Program-made: the position numbers and the translations under genes
Notes under the pieces: model-generated
Seen by the model: the letters and a program-made list of their open reading frames with translations, nothing else
Told to the model about the DNA's origin: nothing
The model's database searches: none
Source: Vermamoeba vermiformis
Taxonomy: Eukaryota
Reading direction: 5' to 3'
Length of the DNA stretch: 64,000 nt
NCBI GenBank assembly: GCA_045837725.1
Contig: JBEWZL010000078.1
Location: 62,001-126,000 of the forward strand
Part shown: one piece after another, positions 62,501-64,000 of the stretch
Layout of the letters: every line of letters begins with the position of its first letter
Numbering within the stretch: the first letter of the stretch is position 1

Positions 62501-64000
62501 TGCTCGTCGATTACTTTGCAGATTTGCCCGCAGCACTGGTGCCACTAGCCACCCTCACGGACATGCTCGAGGCAATGAGTACGTCACGTGCGCTGTTGCT
62601 ATTTATAGACACTAATTCTTCGTGCGCAGAACTCGCTGCCGTGCCCGACTTCCAATTCGAGCTGCAGCGCAGTGCATTGCTGTCGCTGCCCTACTCGCAC
62701 TTCAAAGTGTTGGCGCGCATGAGTGAGTTCGTGCACCGCCTCACTGCCCTGCTCGCTGACGATGACACGCGTCAATCGGTGTTCTCCAAGGCCTGTTACC
62801 GATTCGGACTGTGTTTCATACAGCAGTACGTATTGATGGATTGCCTTATAAGGACATGTCATCTAACGAGCTATTTTTAGTGCCTCGTGTCTCAAGTCGA
62901 GTGCGGTGATTGACGGCAACGAAAAGATTGCCAAACAAGTTGCCAGCACGTGTCAAGTATTCGAGTACATTGTCACGCACCGCGAGCGACTCTTCAATGT
63001 AAGTCCGTGATCTCATTCAGTGAATACTGATCGCTCTATTTTTAGCTGCAACTCACTACCGAGCAAACATTCACGCAAAAAGATGAAGCACTCTATTTGG
63101 ACACGAGCTCGCGCGATGCACTGTTCAAACTGATGATCAATCCGCATTACAAGGGTACGCTCTATATAGACCGATCGATCTTTGCGCAGTAGACTCATCG
63201 CGTGATTTCAGAGCAAGATTTCTTAGAAGTGCTCGCCTTTGGAGCAGGCTACGTGTTGAGTGCCACCAACTGGTTCACGCAGCTGATTGAGTGCTACAAC
63301 GCACTCGGCAACACCATCGCTGCATTCCAAGTGCCCATCAAACTGCGGTAATATACAGCAACAGGTCGCTCGTTTGAACTAGCAGCTAATTCGACAACAG
63401 CATCTTGACTATCTTCGAGGCGTGGCTGAAGATGAACAAGCGCGAGTTGGTCTCAGAGCGCGAGGCCGTCAAAGTGTTGTGCAAGTTCCTGCAACACGAG
63501 ACCAACAGCTCGCCGCACGTGCAAGTCTTGGTCAGCTCGCTCAATGTGCTCATGCTCACGCAGACCAAAGTTGTTCCGCTGCCCTCGAGCTCCGTGCCCC
63601 TACTCGTACGTACCACTCGAAGCTATTTTTAGCTGTTTGACGACTGACGCGTTCGACAGGTGCCAAATATACGCGAAGACTTCTCGATCTACAATTTTTC
63701 GACCAAAGAAGTGGCCCGCGAGCTGTGTCTGATCGATTGGAGTCTGTTCAAGGAAGTCGATCCGACCGAGTGCAGCCACAAGCGGTTCATGGAGGCACGT
63801 ACTGGCGGTTATTTCTTCAAAGCCGCTGAACGATTCAACAACATCAATGCGTGGGTGCAGTACGAGATCCTTCGATTAACAGCTGTCAAAGACCGTGTCA
63901 CGTTCATGACATTTTTGGCCGAAGTAGCTTCGGTAAGTAACGCCAATTCAGAGAACAGCTAATTCAGTGAATAACACGTATGCGCAGGAATGTTTGAGTA
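59586..64000 (+). CDS. Single-pass receptor-like protein: signal peptide, ectodomain, TM, degenerate RhoGAP-like domain, RasGEF (REM+CDC25); 3' end beyond window
   Basis: N-terminus MQLIRLLFLITLLSTL. Beta-rich Cys-containing ectodomain; TM LLPAIVIPAVIGGVVLTLGIVVAVM followed by ARHK. RhoGAP-like VFGRPLSEV...LPILLE...LLVDYFADLP. RasGEF FSTKEVARELCLIDWSLFKEVDPTE...ERFNNINAWVQYEIL. Confidence 0.7.

Overview
Gene-dense eukaryotic genomic DNA with short spliceosomal introns (GTAAGT/GTACGT/GTGCGT donors, CTRAC-type branch points). It comes from a non-fungal, non-animal protist, most likely an amoebozoan-type amoeba; the taxon is inferred from gene content. About 20 protein-coding genes are recognisable: hemerythrin-like (partial), RGS, CAMK kinase, TMEM18, Spt23/Mga2-like membrane transcription factor, DCC1, CPSF3, a small Cys-rich secreted protein, PH-RhoGAP-CARMIL-like LRR protein, REase-like+kinase fusion, STE-group kinase, PH-RA-CPI Pro-rich adaptor, proteasome beta1, TCTP, TOR, NMNAT-like nucleotidyltransferase, QCR6, TOM1/GPR137-like membrane protein, Hv1 proton channel, sacsin-like protein, and a partial single-pass receptor-like RhoGAP/RasGEF. 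Non-coding features include a 500-bp TIR element and a CpG-depleted island (41.2-43.3 kb) that contains a nested TIR element with two tRNA-like units. The most striking signal is a family of short dyad-symmetric DNA words (CACGTG, TGACACGTGTCA, TGACASSTGTCA, TTCASTGAA, CTAWWWWTAG, CCWAATTWGG). They are strongly over-represented in introns and in exons in all reading frames, and they visibly imprint protein sequences. Exon boundaries were inferred by eye and counts are manual and approximate.
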